Shown here: positions 19,711 to 30,937 of the stretch, in pieces
Layout: each line of letters begins with the position of its first letter
How positions within the stretch are numbered: the first letter of the stretch is position 1
From: Candidatus Krumholzibacteriia bacterium
GTDB lineage: Bacteria > Krumholzibacteriota > Krumholzibacteriia > JAJRXK01
Length of the DNA stretch: 64,000 bases
Reading direction: 5' to 3'
Assembly (NCBI GenBank): GCA_041484665.1
Contig: JBGPIA010000008.1
Span: 96,001-160,000, forward strand
The notes under the pieces: generated by a model
What the model was told of the DNA's origin: nothing
The model's input: the letters and a program-made list of their open reading frames with translations, nothing else
The model's database searches: none
Program-made: the position numbers and the translations under genes

Positions 19711-21259
19711 AGGGGGGGATCGTGCGTGGGGTGGGCCACCGACCGCCGCACGATCGTTCGCAGGGCCATTCGCGCGGGCGGGCGCGCTCGCGGGCACGAT
19801 CGCCGCGGCCTGCGCCGCGGGCATCGCCGCGCCGGGCCCGGCGAGCGCCGACGACCTGTTCGTCACGACCACGACCTACGAGATCACCGGCTCGTGCAGC
19901 GTGATGGCGATGGAGCCACCGTTCAGCGTGCAGCTCGATCTCTACACGATCCACAGCGATGCCGTCGCGCGTCGCTTCGGCAACTACGTTTTCGTCGTGA
20001 ACCGCCAGCCGGCGAACAACATCCTGGTCCTGGACGCCGCCAATTCGTATGGGCTGGTCAAGCAGTACAGCACCGGCGCCGGGTCCGACCCCACCGACAT
20101 CGAGGTGGTCGCGGCGGACAAGGCGTACATTCCACTCTACAACACGACGCTGCTGAGCATCGTCGAGCCGCTCACAGGAGCTGTGCTGGGGAGTATCGAC
20201 CTCTCGCGCTTCGCCGACGCCGACGGGCTGCCGGAGATCGATCAGGTCGCCGTGGTCGGCGGTCGTGCCTTCGTGTCGTTCCAGCGCCTCGACCGCCCCG
20301 GGGGCTGGCTACCCGCGGGCGGTTCGGGCCTCGCCGTCATCGACGTGGCCAGCGACGCGTTGATCGACGCCGATCCCGCCACATCCGAGCTCGACCCGAT
20401 CCGTCTCCAGCTGCAGAACCCGTTCTGGTACCTGACCTACGATCGCTCGCTCCACCGGCTGATCGCCGTCTGTCCGGGCTCGTTCCTGGCGCTCGATGGC
20501 GGCATCGAGGCGATCGACCCATTCACGCTGCGCAGCGACCGCGTGCTCATCACCGAGCAGGCCCTCGGCGGCGAGCTCGATGGCGCGGCGATCGTCTCCC
20601 CCACGCTCGGCTACGCCATCATCAGCGATTCCTCGTTCAACACCTGCCTGGTGCGCTTCGACCCGTCCACCGGGACGCGGCTGGATACGGTGATGTGCTC
20701 CAGCGGCTTCTGGCTCTCCGATCTGGAGGTTTCGGACGCCGGCCGCGTGTACGTCGGTGACCGCACGCCGTCGGCACCGGGCATCCGGATCTTCCAGGCA
20801 CTCACGGCGCAGCCGCTCGTGCAGAGCCCTGTCGACGTCGGGCTGCCACCCTTCGACATGGTGCTCCTGGAGAGCGTCCCGACGGCCACGTCCGCCTTGG
20901 AGCTTGCCCCGGCGCGCCTGCGCCTGGCGGCGCATCCCAATCCCTTCAACCCGTCGGTGACCATCGAGCTGCGCGCGGAGGCGGGCGCGGCGCGTGCGCC
21001 CGGCGCTGCACGCGCGACCGGCGCGGCTTTGCCGCCGCTGCGGATCGTCGACGCGCGCGGACGGCTCGTGGCGACGCTCGCTCCGTCGGGCGCACCTGTC
21101 GGGGACAACGGCGGTCCGGCTGCCGGCGAGGACGTCGTCGCGCTCGTCTATCACTGGAACGGCACCAACGGTGACGGGATCCCCGTGGCCAGCGGCTGCT
21201 ACCGCGCCATCCTCGAGGACGGCTCGACGCCGGCGATCCCGCTGCTCCTGTTGCGCTGA
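19700..21259 (+). CDS. YncE/BtuG-like beta-propeller protein with C-terminal FlgD-Ig-like domain
   Basis: VFVVNR, GSDPTDI, DKAYI and IDLSRFAD blades; HPNPFNPSVTI...DARGRLV...WNGTN...SGCY...LLLLR tail. Confidence 0.7.
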   Translation: MGGRGGDRAWGGPPTAARSFAGPFARAGALAGTIAAACAAGIAAPGPASADDLFVTTTTYEITGSCSVMAMEPPFSVQLDLYTIHSDAVARRFGNYVFVVNRQPANNILVLDAANSYGLVKQYSTGAGSDPTDIEVVAADKAYIPLYNTTLLSIVEPLTGAVLGSIDLSRFADADGLPEIDQVAVVGGRAFVSFQRLDRPGGWLPAGGSGLAVIDVASDALIDADPATSELDPIRLQLQNPFWYLTYDRSLHRLIAVCPGSFLALDGGIEAIDPFTLRSDRVLITEQALGGELDGAAIVSPTLGYAIISDSSFNTCLVRFDPSTGTRLDTVMCSSGFWLSDLEVSDAGRVYVGDRTPSAPGIRIFQALTAQPLVQSPVDVGLPPFDMVLLESVPTATSALELAPARLRLAAHPNPFNPSVTIELRAEAGAARAPGAARATGAALPPLRIVDARGRLVATLAPSGAPVGDNGGPAAGEDVVALVYHWNGTNGDGIPVASGCYRAILEDGSTPAIPLLLLR

Positions 21260-21359
21260 CTAGGGAGCGCCCGTGCGGCCTGGCACCGCGGGTTGCGCGC
21301 ATACCAGGCCGCACAGTCACTCGATCAGCGGTGACGCGAGCCGACGAGCTCGCCCTGCG

Positions 21360-22199
21360 CTAGAAGAGCGCTGACGAGAACGGCCGCCGGTACTGCTGCG
21401 TGACGGGGTGGCCCTCGCCGAACAGCTCGAACAGCGCCACGCACGCCCTGCGCGCGCCGTCGTCGTCGACCTTGCGGTCGCGACGGATCGACGCGATCCA
21501 GGCCTCGATGGCCGCGCCGAAGTGGCCCGCAGCGAAGGCCTGCGCGCCCTCGACATAGCTCGTCCAGGCCTGGGGCGAGCCGGCCCCCGCGGCGGGGCCG
21601 GCCCCTGCGCCCGGCGCCATTGGCTGCGCCAGCTCGATGACGCGCGCGAGGTTGCGCAGCGCCTGCGCCCGGTCGTGCAGCGGGTGCTCCTGCGGCACCG
21701 ACTCCGTCAGCCGCACGCCCTCCGCCGGTTCTTTGGGGAAGAGCAGCTCGGCCAGCTCGACGGCCGCCTCGACATCGTCCGCGTTCTGCGCGAGAGCCTC
21801 GCGGAGCAGCGTCTGCGCGCGATTCAGATCGCCGCCCGCGCGCGCCTCGCGCGCCTCCCGCAGCAGGGGCGGTGGCGACGCCGGGAGATTCTCCTGCAGC
21901 CAGCGCTCGACCTCGCGCTCCGGAAGGGCCCCTAAGAACTCCGCGACGACCTGCCCATCGCGGAACAGCTTCACCGCCGGGATACTCTGGACCTCGAACT
22001 GGATCGCCAGCGCTGGATGCTCCTCGATGTCGACCTTGGCCAGCGTCCAGCGGCCCTGCGACTCCGACGCGAGGCGTTCGAGCACCGGGCCCAGCACGCG
22101 GCACGGCGCGCACCATTGCGCCCAGAAGTCCACGAGCACCGGCCGCTCGAAGCTGGCCTCGAGCACGTCGGTGGTGAACTCGCGTACGGCCACAACCAT
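21360..22199 (-). CDS. cnoX: thioredoxin-TPR chaperedoxin (YbbN/CnoX family)
   Basis: VDFWAQWCAPC, TPR region, terminal YRRPFSSALF. Confidence 0.88.
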   Translation of the reverse strand: MVVAVREFTTDVLEASFERPVLVDFWAQWCAPCRVLGPVLERLASESQGRWTLAKVDIEEHPALAIQFEVQSIPAVKLFRDGQVVAEFLGALPEREVERWLQENLPASPPPLLREAREARAGGDLNRAQTLLREALAQNADDVEAAVELAELLFPKEPAEGVRLTESVPQEHPLHDRAQALRNLARVIELAQPMAPGAGAGPAAGAGSPQAWTSYVEGAQAFAAGHFGAAIEAWIASIRRDRKVDDDGARRACVALFELFGEGHPVTQQYRRPFSSALF

Positions 22200-22233
22200 G
22201 GGTCCTTCTCCCGCGGCGCAGCGGTGGCGTTGC

Positions 22234-23394
22234 TCAGGCCAGGAACATCGGCTCACCTTCGACGCGGTCCAGCTTCACCCGGTAGCGCTCCCCGTCGTAG
22301 AACGACTCGACGTCCACGTGCCGGGGGCCCGCGGTCACGCGCTGCAGCGGGACGGCCGCATAGCAGCCATCCACGATCGCCGTCATGACTCCGTGGCGGC
22401 CGGCCCGCAGCAGCTCGAAGGCGAAGTTGCCGTAGTTGATGGCCACGATGCGGTCGAGCGAGTCGGGGCTGCCGGCGCGCATCAGATAGGCCAGCCGCTG
22501 CACCATGGTTTCGCGCCCGCTGCGCTTGCGGATCTCCTCGCTGAGCCACTCGCCGACGCCGCCGAGCTTGCGGTGGCCGTACGCGTCGGGCTCGCCCGAC
22601 TCCATCACCACACCGCCCACCGGATGCGCCCCTTCACTGATGACGATCACGCAGTAGCGGCTGGGGTTGGCGTCCTGGTCCTCGCGGGCGAAGCGGACGA
22701 CCTTCTCGACGTCGAAGGGGACCTCGCTGATGAGCACGCGGTCGGCCCCGGAGAGATAGCCCGTCAGCAGCGCGCTCTCGCCGCTGGTGCGCCCGAACAG
22801 CTCGATGATGGCGATGCGCTCGTGGCTGCCGGCGGGGGTGCGCAGGTCCGTGATGAAATCCACGCTGCGGGTGACCGCCGTGCTGAAGCCGATGCAGTAG
22901 TGGGTCCCCGTGACGTCGTTGTCCATCGTCTTGGGGATGCCGACCGTTGGGAAGCCTTCCAGATCCAGGCGCGCGGCGTAGCTGAGGGTGTCGTCGCCGC
23001 CGATGACGACCAGGGCGTCGAAGCGCAGCCGCTCGAGCGTACGCAGCACGCGCGCGGTGAGGTCGTAGCGCCCCTTGGCGTCGCGGTGGGCAGGATCCAA
23101 CACGTAGCCAGCGGGCAGCACCTTCTCCTTCATCTTGCTCGGATTGGTGCGCGCGCTATGCAGCATCGTCCCGCCGAAGCGGTCGATGGTGCGCACCACG
23201 TTGGGGGTCAGCTTGACCAGGGCCTGCTCGTCAGCCGCGCCGTTGTCGGGGTCGAGGTCGACCACCCCCTGCCAGCCCTTGCGGATGCCCAGGATCTCCA
23301 CGTGCTCGTCGGCGCAGCGCATGGCCACGGTCTTGATGCACGCGTTGAGCCCCGGGACGTCTCCCCCGCCGGTCAGGATGCCGATCCGCTTCAT
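22234..23394 (-). CDS. pfkA: 6-phosphofructokinase (PfkA family), PPi-dependent signature
   Basis: TGGGDVPGLN, GGDDT, PKTMDND. Confidence 0.92.
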   Translation of the reverse strand: MKRIGILTGGGDVPGLNACIKTVAMRCADEHVEILGIRKGWQGVVDLDPDNGAADEQALVKLTPNVVRTIDRFGGTMLHSARTNPSKMKEKVLPAGYVLDPAHRDAKGRYDLTARVLRTLERLRFDALVVIGGDDTLSYAARLDLEGFPTVGIPKTMDNDVTGTHYCIGFSTAVTRSVDFITDLRTPAGSHERIAIIELFGRTSGESALLTGYLSGADRVLISEVPFDVEKVVRFAREDQDANPSRYCVIVISEGAHPVGGVVMESGEPDAYGHRKLGGVGEWLSEEIRKRSGRETMVQRLAYLMRAGSPDSLDRIVAINYGNFAFELLRAGRHGVMTAIVDGCYAAVPLQRVTAGPRHVDVESFYDGERYRVKLDRVEGEPMFLA

Positions 23395-23480
23395 GCCCCC
23401 CTCCGCTCTCGGTCTGCGCCAAAGGCGTGCCTGATGGAGCCCTGAGACCCGCGCGGGCGCCCCCGAGCTGCGCGTCCGCG

Positions 23481-24734
23481 CTACTGCACCCGCAGCACCA
23501 TGCACTTGAGGTAGTACGTCTCGGGCACGGTGAGGCGGATCGGGTGGTCCGCCGCCTGGGTGCGCTTCTCCAACAGTGTGACATCGCGGCCCGCGTCGCC
23601 AGCCGCCTCCCCCAGCACCTGGAGGAAGGCGCCCTCGTGGACGTGGTAGCTGCACGTACTGGTCACCAGCACTCCGCCTGGCCGCAGGATCCGGAAGGCG
23701 CGCAGGTTGATCTCCTTGTAGCCGCGCAGCGCCGCCTCCAGCGAGGCGCGGTTCTTGGCAAAGGCAGGCGGGTCCAGCACGATCGTGTCGAAGCGGCGCT
23801 GCTCGTCGTCGAGCAGGCGCAGCGCGTCGAATGCGTTGCCCTCGGTCCAGGTAACGTCCACGCCGTTGAGCTGGGCGTTGGTCCGCGCCCGCTCCAGCGC
23901 CGGCGCCGATGATTCGATGGCCAGCACGGAGGTCACGTCGTTCGCCAGCGCCATCCGCACGGCGAACGCCCCCTCGCCGCAGAAGGCGTCCAGCACATCG
24001 CCGCGTGCCAGCTTCGCCGCCGCCTCGCGATTCTCCTGCTGGTCGAGGAAGGCGCCGGTCTTCTGACCTCGCAGCGGCGACACGCGCAGGCGCGCCGGGC
24101 CCTGGTGAACCTCCACCTCGCCGGGGTCCTCCCCTGCCAGGATTCCGCTCACGCGCGGCAGCCCTTCCAGCTCGCGCACGCGGGCGTCGTTGCGCTCGAC
24201 GATGGCGCGCGGCCGAAGGCGCTGCTGCACCAGCTCGCACCATAGCGGCTTGAGACGGTCCATCGCCTGCGAGAGCGTCTGCAGCACGACCACGTCGGCG
24301 TAGCGGTCGATCACCAGCGACGGCAAGCCGTCCCCCTCGCCGTTGACCAGGCGCAGCGCGTCGCGCCCCGGCATGACCCGCTCGCGGTGCGCCAACGCCT
24401 CGTCCAGCCGCCGCGCCCAGAACGCGGCGTCGACGGGGGCGTCGCCGATGGAGACGACACGCAGTGCGATCTCGGAGCGGTCGCTGTAGAGCGCCCGCGC
24501 CCGCAACCTGCCTCGCGCGTCGAGCAGGTCGACCACGTCGCCCGGCCGCGCGCGGGAGGAGTCGGCAATATCGCTGCGGTAGATCCAGGCGTGGCGGGCT
24601 CGCAGGCGATCCAGACCTCGCGGGCGCAGGGCGACGGCCGCAGTTGCAGCGGGCGTGGCGGAGGGCGCCGCGCCGTGGCTCGCGGTGGGGGTTGTCGCCG
24701 AGGTCGCGGAAGGGAGGCTACCGGTCGGGTCCAT
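23481..24734 (-). CDS. rlmI: RlmI-family SAM-dependent rRNA methyltransferase
   Basis: PUA-like HAWIY, EGDGLPSLVID, GQKTGAFLDQ, DPPAF, TCSYH, YYLKC. Confidence 0.85.
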   Translation of the reverse strand: MDPTGSLPSATSATTPTASHGAAPSATPAATAAVALRPRGLDRLRARHAWIYRSDIADSSRARPGDVVDLLDARGRLRARALYSDRSEIALRVVSIGDAPVDAAFWARRLDEALAHRERVMPGRDALRLVNGEGDGLPSLVIDRYADVVVLQTLSQAMDRLKPLWCELVQQRLRPRAIVERNDARVRELEGLPRVSGILAGEDPGEVEVHQGPARLRVSPLRGQKTGAFLDQQENREAAAKLARGDVLDAFCGEGAFAVRMALANDVTSVLAIESSAPALERARTNAQLNGVDVTWTEGNAFDALRLLDDEQRRFDTIVLDPPAFAKNRASLEAALRGYKEINLRAFRILRPGGVLVTSTCSYHVHEGAFLQVLGEAAGDAGRDVTLLEKRTQAADHPIRLTVPETYYLKCMVLRVQ

Positions 24735-24877
24735 AGGGGGCTCCTTCGCCAGAAGTACCAATCTACGGCGGTGCACCTCCGAAGGCGACCGCGGATGCGG
24801 CTGCAGCGTCCGGCCGACCTCCCTGACGGTACTCCGGCGCGCTGGGGCGAGAGTTCTGGTAAGCTAGCTGGACAGTC

Positions 24878-26050
24878 ATGCGAATCCTGACCGACCCCTC
24901 CTCGCTGGCCGCCTTCTGCCGGGAAGCGACCGCCGCCGGCTCCATCGCCCTGGACATGGAGTTCGAGCGCGAACGCACCTACCGGCCCATCCTGCAGCTG
25001 ATCCAGATCGCCACCCCCAGCGACGCGGTCATCGTGGACCCGCTGGCGCTTGCGGACCTCTCCGCGCTGTGGGAGGTTGTGGGCTCCCCCGACGTGGAGA
25101 CGATCCTGCACGCCGCTGCGCAGGACATGGAGATCTTCTACGACAAGACCGGCTGCGTCCCGCGCCGCTTGTTCGATACCCAGGTGGCCGCCGCGCTGTT
25201 GGGCATGGGCGAGCAGCCGGGCTACGCCGACCTGTTGCGCCGGGTGCTGGGCCTGCGCCTGAAGAAGCACGAGCGCATCACCGATTGGGGGCGCCGCCCG
25301 CTTTCCCCCGCGCAGCTGGACTACGCGCTGGACGACGTGCGCTACCTGCCGCAGTTGCGCGACCGGCTCCATGCCGACCTGGAGCGCATGGGGCGGCTGG
25401 AGTGGCTCGAGGAGGAGCTCGCCCATTTCGCACAGCTGCGCAACTACGAGCGCGATCCGCAGACCCTGTGGATGCGCGTGGCGCGCCATCGCTCCCTCGA
25501 TGGGCGCGGGCTGGCGGTCCTGCGCGAGCTGGCGATCTGGCGCGAGGAGGAGGCCCGGCGGCGCAACGTGCCCCGCGGCCGCGTCGTGCAGGACGACGTG
25601 CTGGTGGAGGTCGCCCGCCGGCAGCCGCGCCAGGAGGACGACCTGCGCGTGCTGCGGCGGCTCAATCCCCGTGAAATCGAGCGCAGCGTGGAGGTGATCC
25701 TCGCGACGGTCCGGCGCGCGCTCGAGATCCCGCAACAGGACTACCCCGTGCTGCCGCCGCTGGGCGAGGACGATCCCGAGCTGGACGTCACCATCGACCT
25801 GCTGAGTGTGTTCGTCCGCAACCGCGCCCGCGAGGCCAAGATCGCCGCCAGCTACCTCGCCACCAAGCGCGAGCTGTCCGATCTGGTGGCCGCCGCGCGT
25901 CACCAACGCAACCGCAACGGCACGCCCCTGCTGCTGCAGGGCTGGCGCTACGAGCTGGTGGGGCGCGACCTCCTGCGACTGATGCAGGGACAAATGGTCC
26001 TGCGCGTGGACCCCCGGACCAGCCGCGTGCAGATCATCGAGCGGGAGTGA
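24878..26050 (+). CDS. rnd: ribonuclease D
   Basis: DMEF, HAAAQD, FDTQVAA, DWGRRPL, YALDDV, HRDC domain, GWRYELVG. Confidence 0.93.
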   Translation: MRILTDPSSLAAFCREATAAGSIALDMEFERERTYRPILQLIQIATPSDAVIVDPLALADLSALWEVVGSPDVETILHAAAQDMEIFYDKTGCVPRRLFDTQVAAALLGMGEQPGYADLLRRVLGLRLKKHERITDWGRRPLSPAQLDYALDDVRYLPQLRDRLHADLERMGRLEWLEEELAHFAQLRNYERDPQTLWMRVARHRSLDGRGLAVLRELAIWREEEARRRNVPRGRVVQDDVLVEVARRQPRQEDDLRVLRRLNPREIERSVEVILATVRRALEIPQQDYPVLPPLGEDDPELDVTIDLLSVFVRNRAREAKIAASYLATKRELSDLVAAARHQRNRNGTPLLLQGWRYELVGRDLLRLMQGQMVLRVDPRTSRVQIIERE

Positions 26051-26450
26051 GTGTGGCGCGGCTCGGCGTAATCGACCGCTGGAGCCATCCACACGCTGGA
26101 GTCATCCATAAGAATCTGCTGAGCGCTCGCTGGGCTGGCCCTCTGCCCGTGCAGCCGGGCTCGGGGTCCGCGGCCGCAGCTCCGACAAGGGGCTGGAGCA
26201 AACGGACCGCGGCGGGGTAGGATACGCGCCGCGCGCCGGCGCGTCCCCCGGGGAGAGGCTCGGCGGCGCAGGGATCGGCGCGGCCGCCCCAACGCACGAG
26301 GCGGCGTCCCGGCCGGGCCGCCTCCACCGGCACGCGGACCGCATGTAGGGTCCGCCAGGATGGCTCTCACCTTCCTTGAAGACGACGAGTGCCGTTGAGC
26401 CGGTTCGCAGTTCAAGTCGAAAAACTGCGCAGCGGATGGGAGCGGAGCAG

Positions 26451-27203
26451 ATGAAGCCGCACCTGCAGCGATGGATCCAGGGCCGCGCGCGGTCGCTCGG
26501 ATACGAGCTACAGCCCGTGTGGAAGATGCGCGACCTCCCACTCAGCGCGCATCTGCGTCAGCTCTTCGACCTGCTGAAGATCGACACGGTCCTGGACGTG
26601 GGCGCCAATATGGGCCAGTACCACGACTTCCTCCGCAAGCACGTGGGCTTCACCGGCACCATCGTCTCCTTCGAGCCGGTGCGCAAGTGCGTGGCCGCGC
26701 TGCGCGAGAGCGCGGCGAGCGATCCGCACTGGAAGGTCGTCGACGTCGCCCTGGGGAGCGCCGATACGACCATGACGATCAATGTGATGAAGTGCGACGA
26801 TTTCAGCAGTTTCCTCGAGCCGGCAGCCTCTGCCCCCGGCGAGTACCGGGACATGAACGCCATCGACCACCAGGAGAACGTCCCGGTGCGGCGCCTGGAC
26901 GGGATCCTCGGCCAGCTCCTGGCGGAGAACGCCAACCCTCGCCTCTACCTGAAACTGGATACCCAGGGCTTCGACCTGCAGGTGGTCGAGGGAACGAGCG
27001 GAGTGCTGGACTGCGTCTACGCCCTGCAGACGGAGATCGCCGTGCAGCGGATCTACGATGGCATGCCCGACTACCTCGCGTCGATCCAGACGCTCAACCA
27101 GAAGGGCTTCCAGCTCACCGGACTGTTTCCCGTGAGTCGCGATGCCTCCCTGCGCCTGGTGGAGCTGGACTGCGTCATGATCAACGCAGCGAAGCGGACG
27201 TAA
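26451..27203 (+). CDS. FkbM family methyltransferase
   Basis: DVGANMGQY, SFEP, LKLDTQGFD. Confidence 0.9.
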   Translation: MKPHLQRWIQGRARSLGYELQPVWKMRDLPLSAHLRQLFDLLKIDTVLDVGANMGQYHDFLRKHVGFTGTIVSFEPVRKCVAALRESAASDPHWKVVDVALGSADTTMTINVMKCDDFSSFLEPAASAPGEYRDMNAIDHQENVPVRRLDGILGQLLAENANPRLYLKLDTQGFDLQVVEGTSGVLDCVYALQTEIAVQRIYDGMPDYLASIQTLNQKGFQLTGLFPVSRDASLRLVELDCVMINAAKRT

Positions 27204-27254
27204 GCCGCGGCCGCCTCGCCGCGCGCCTCCCACCCGACGGCGGGACGAGCACCG

Positions 27255-27551
27255 TTACTTCCCCACCACCAGCTTCCCGCGCGTGAACACGTCGGCCAGC
27301 GTGAACGCGATGAGAATCACCAGGAAGATGAAGCCCGAGGCCGCGGTGATCTTCACCACGCGTGTGCTGTAGCGCACGTGCATGAAGAAGAGGATCACCA
27401 GAGTGGACTTGATGCCGGCGATGGCCAGGGCGATCACCACGTTGAGCGGGCCGAAGTCGTGGAAGGCCACCCACACGGTGATCGCGGTGAGCACCAACAG
27501 TATCGTGAACACTGTCAGATAGACTCGCGGAGGGATGACGTGCGCCGCCAT
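27255..27551 (-). CDS. ctaF: caa3-type cytochrome c oxidase subunit IV
   Basis: Three TM segments, IAGIKSTLVILFFMHV. Confidence 0.9.
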   Translation of the reverse strand: MAAHVIPPRVYLTVFTILLVLTAITVWVAFHDFGPLNVVIALAIAGIKSTLVILFFMHVRYSTRVVKITAASGFIFLVILIAFTLADVFTRGKLVVGK

Positions 27552-27564
27552 GGCCGCGTACCTC

Positions 27565-28266
27565 TCAGTGCCGCCCGATCAGGTAGAGCAGCGGGAACAG
27601 GAAGATCCACACGATGTCGACGAAGTGCCAGTAGAGCCCAGTGCCCTCGACGGGGTGGTTGTAGTCGGGGCCGAAGCGTCCCTTCCAGCACTTGGGGATG
27701 AGCGCCGCCACCAAGCCGATGCCCACGATCATGTGCAGTGCGTGCAGCCCCGTCATGGTGAAGTAGAGGTTGAAGAACATGCGCACGTGGGGCGCGTCCG
27801 GCCCGTGCCAGGCGAAGTGGGGCCCGGGCACCACGTGCTCGTGCCACTTGTGGGTGTACTCGATGGCCTTGATGCCCAGAAAGGTGGATCCCAGCAGGAT
27901 GGTCAGCACCAGGTAGACCACCTGCGTCCGCGCTCGCCCCACCTGCGCGGCCCAGACGGCCATGGCCATCGTGACCGAGCTGGTGATCAGCACCACGGTG
28001 TTGGTGGCGCCCATGCGGATGTCGAGCAGGTGGCTGCCGGCCGCGAAGTCGTGCGGATACCAGATCCGGTACAGGATGTAGGCCATGATCAGACCACCGA
28101 AGAACATGATCTCGGTGGCGAGGAACAGCCAGACGCCGAACGCGACCGATTCGCTCTGCTGCTCGAGCGTCTTGAAATGGTGCGCCAGGTGCGGCGGGTG
28201 CACTGCCGCGCCGGCCGGAGCGGTCCCGTGGGCGTCGTGCGCGTCGTGGGCGTCGGGCTCACGCAC
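27565..28266 (-). CDS. ctaE: cytochrome c oxidase subunit III
   Basis: [30 protein letters not shown]. Confidence 0.95.
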   Translation of the reverse strand: MREPDAHDAHDAHGTAPAGAAVHPPHLAHHFKTLEQQSESVAFGVWLFLATEIMFFGGLIMAYILYRIWYPHDFAAGSHLLDIRMGATNTVVLITSSVTMAMAVWAAQVGRARTQVVYLVLTILLGSTFLGIKAIEYTHKWHEHVVPGPHFAWHGPDAPHVRMFFNLYFTMTGLHALHMIVGIGLVAALIPKCWKGRFGPDYNHPVEGTGLYWHFVDIVWIFLFPLLYLIGRH

Positions 28267-29935
28267 GGCCGGCCTCCTGGGCGGCCCGCACGCGCTCGGC
28301 GCTGTAGTCATAGGCCTCGGTGGTGACCACCGGCTCGACGGCGAAGTTCTGTGTGATGGGCGGTGAGGCGGTCTGCCATTCCAGGCCCACCGCGCCCCAC
28401 GGGTTGGGCGCGCAGCGCCGGCCGTAGCGCAGCGACCACGTGAAGTAGATCATCGGGATCAGGTACCCCACACCCAGGACGGTGGCCCCTGCGCTGGACA
28501 TGACGTTGAGCACCTGGAACTCCGGTGGATACGAGTGGTAGCGCCGCGGCATGCCCAGGTAGCCCAGGATGAATTGCGGAAAGAAGGTGAGGTTGAAGCC
28601 GATGAAGATCACCAGAGCCGACACCTTGGACCAGAAGGCCGGGTAGAGCTTGCCCGTCATCTTGGGCCACCAGTAGTGCAGCCCGCCCAGGTAACCCATG
28701 ATCGCCCCGCCGACCATGATGTAGTGGAAGTGGGCCACCACGAAGTAGGTGTCGTGCACGTGGATGTCGATCCCCAGGGTCGCCAGCATCACGCCCGTCA
28801 GGCCGCCGATGGTGAACAGCCCGATGAACCCCAGGGCGTAGAGCATGGGGGTCTCCCAGGAGATCGAGCCCTTGTAGAGGGTGGCCGTCCAGTTGAAGAC
28901 CTTCACCGCCGACGGCACCGCCACCAGCATGCTCAGCACCGAGAAGATCGTGGCGGCGTACGCCGATTGCCCGGTGGTGAACATGTGGTGCCCCCACACC
29001 AGGAACCCCAGGACCGCGATCCCCACGCTGGCGTAGGCCACGAACCGATAGCCGAAGATGCGCTTGCGGGCGAAGGCGGCCACGATCTCGCTCACCACCC
29101 CCATCGCTGGCAGGATCATGATGTAGACGGCCGGGTGCGAGTAGAACCAGAACAGATGCTGGAACAGGATCGGGTCGCCGCCCTGCGCCGGGTCGAACAC
29201 TCCGATGTGGAAGACGCGCTCCAGGGCCACCATCAGGATCGTCACCGCGATCACCGGAGTGCCCAGGACCTGGATGATGCTCGTCGCGTAATGGGCCCAC
29301 ACGAACAACGGCAGCCGGAACCAGGTGAGCCCCGGCGCCCGCATGCGGTGGATGGTCACGATGAAATTCAGCCCGGTGAAGATCGAGGCGAAACCGGCGA
29401 TGAAGATCCCCAGCGCCGTGGTGACCACGTAGGTGTTGGAGAACGTCGTGCTGAAGGGCGTGTAGAACGTCCAGCCGGTGTCCACACCGCCATGCAGGAC
29501 CGACCACAGGGTGAACAGCCCGCCCAGGCTGAAGATGTACCAGCTGGCCAGGTTCAGCCTCGGGAACGCCAGATCCTTCGCCCCGATCATCATCGGGATG
29601 AGGAAGTTCCCCAACACCGCCGGGATGCCCGGGATCAGGAAGAAGAAGATCATCAGGATCCCGTGCATCGTGAACAGCCGGTTGTACATGTCCGGCTGTA
29701 CCAGGTCCCCCTGCGGCGTGACCAGCTCCAGGCGGATCAACACCGCCATCAGCCCGCCCAGGAAGAAGAAGAAGGTCACCGAGAACATGTAGAGGATCGC
29801 GATGCGCTTGTGGTCGCGCGTGAGCAGCCACGACTTGATGCCGTACCCGTCGTTGAGGTAGTCGGGGGCGGCTCCCGCGGCTGGGGCGGCCCCGGCCGCC
29901 GCGGCACTCTCGTGGGAGCCAGCATGTGCGTTCAT
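28259..29935 (-). CDS. ctaD: heme-copper oxidase subunit I, A2 type
   Basis: [19 protein letters not shown] (YS motif), WGHHM, VAHFHY, GMPRRY. Confidence 0.97.
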   Translation of the reverse strand: MNAHAGSHESAAAAGAAPAAGAAPDYLNDGYGIKSWLLTRDHKRIAILYMFSVTFFFFLGGLMAVLIRLELVTPQGDLVQPDMYNRLFTMHGILMIFFFLIPGIPAVLGNFLIPMMIGAKDLAFPRLNLASWYIFSLGGLFTLWSVLHGGVDTGWTFYTPFSTTFSNTYVVTTALGIFIAGFASIFTGLNFIVTIHRMRAPGLTWFRLPLFVWAHYATSIIQVLGTPVIAVTILMVALERVFHIGVFDPAQGGDPILFQHLFWFYSHPAVYIMILPAMGVVSEIVAAFARKRIFGYRFVAYASVGIAVLGFLVWGHHMFTTGQSAYAATIFSVLSMLVAVPSAVKVFNWTATLYKGSISWETPMLYALGFIGLFTIGGLTGVMLATLGIDIHVHDTYFVVAHFHYIMVGGAIMGYLGGLHYWWPKMTGKLYPAFWSKVSALVIFIGFNLTFFPQFILGYLGMPRRYHSYPPEFQVLNVMSSAGATVLGVGYLIPMIYFTWSLRYGRRCAPNPWGAVGLEWQTASPPITQNFAVEPVVTTEAYDYSAERVRAAQEAGRA

Positions 29936-29939
29936 GGCT

Positions 29940-30935
29940 TCATCTCCCCTTGCCGCCGGGTGCGGCCCCGCCGGCCGCTTCCCTGCCCGCGGGCGCCTGC
30001 CCTGCGGACCCCAGGGACTTGATGTAGGTGATCAGCTCCAGGACGTCCTGCTCGGTGAGCTGCCCCTTGAAGGTGGGCATGATCGGCTGGTAGCCCGCCA
30101 CGACCTTGCTGGCCGGCATGAGGATCGACTCGCGCAGGTAGTCCTCGTCCGCCCTGGCGGTCTTGCCGCCCAAGAGCGCCACCTGCCTGCCGAACAACCC
30201 CTGTAGGTACGGCGCGCGTGCGTCGGAATCGGGCCGGTGGCAGGTGTTGCATGCGCGGGCGTCGAACAGCTGGGCGCCGGTCAGCGACATGCCCTGCTGG
30301 CCCTTGGCGCCGTAGAGCCACTGCTCGTACTCCTGCGGCTGCTGGACGATGATGCGGCCCGACATCAACGAGTGCTCCGCCCCGCAGTACTCGGCGCAGA
30401 ACAGCTTGTAGACGCCAGGCTTGGTCGCCGTGAACCAGGTCGTGGTGTAGGTGCCAGGGATCACGTCCTGTTTGATGCGGAAGGCCGGGATGTAGAGCGC
30501 GTGGATCACGTCCTCCGAAGTCATGGTGAGCTTGATGGGGCGTCCCACCGGGACGTGCAGCTCGTTGATCTCGCGGTGCCCCTCGGGGTGCTGGAACTTC
30601 CACATCCACTGCCGGCCCACCACGAAAAACTCCTCGGCGTCGGCCGGCGGGCGCGACGCGTGGAAGAAGACCCGCGCGCCCCAGGCGAACATGAACAGCA
30701 AGATGCACAGCGGCACGACCGACCACACAATCTCCAGGACCGCGGGCGCGTGCCCGGGCTGGCCGACGTCGCCCTCGGCGCGCCGGCGGTACCGGACGGC
30801 GAAGAACAGGATCAGGGCCGCGATCAACAGCGAGAAGACGACGGCCACGCCCAGGCCGAACAGGAAGACCGAGTCGACCTCCTTGGCCAGCGTGGAGGCC
30901 TGCTCCGGGAACAGGGGAAAGTCGGTGCGGAACAC
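29940..30935 (-). CDS. ctaC: cytochrome c oxidase subunit II with fused cytochrome c (caa3)
   Basis: DVIH, CuA motif [17 protein letters not shown]. Confidence 0.96.
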   Translation of the reverse strand: MFRTDFPLFPEQASTLAKEVDSVFLFGLGVAVVFSLLIAALILFFAVRYRRRAEGDVGQPGHAPAVLEIVWSVVPLCILLFMFAWGARVFFHASRPPADAEEFFVVGRQWMWKFQHPEGHREINELHVPVGRPIKLTMTSEDVIHALYIPAFRIKQDVIPGTYTTTWFTATKPGVYKLFCAEYCGAEHSLMSGRIIVQQPQEYEQWLYGAKGQQGMSLTGAQLFDARACNTCHRPDSDARAPYLQGLFGRQVALLGGKTARADEDYLRESILMPASKVVAGYQPIMPTFKGQLTEQDVLELITYIKSLGSAGQAPAGREAAGGAAPGGKGR

Positions 30936-30937
30936 GC

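Noticed and set aside
26050..26450. 400-bp intergenic region with GC-rich hairpins
   Set aside because: No recognisable RNA motif, repeat family or credible ORF.
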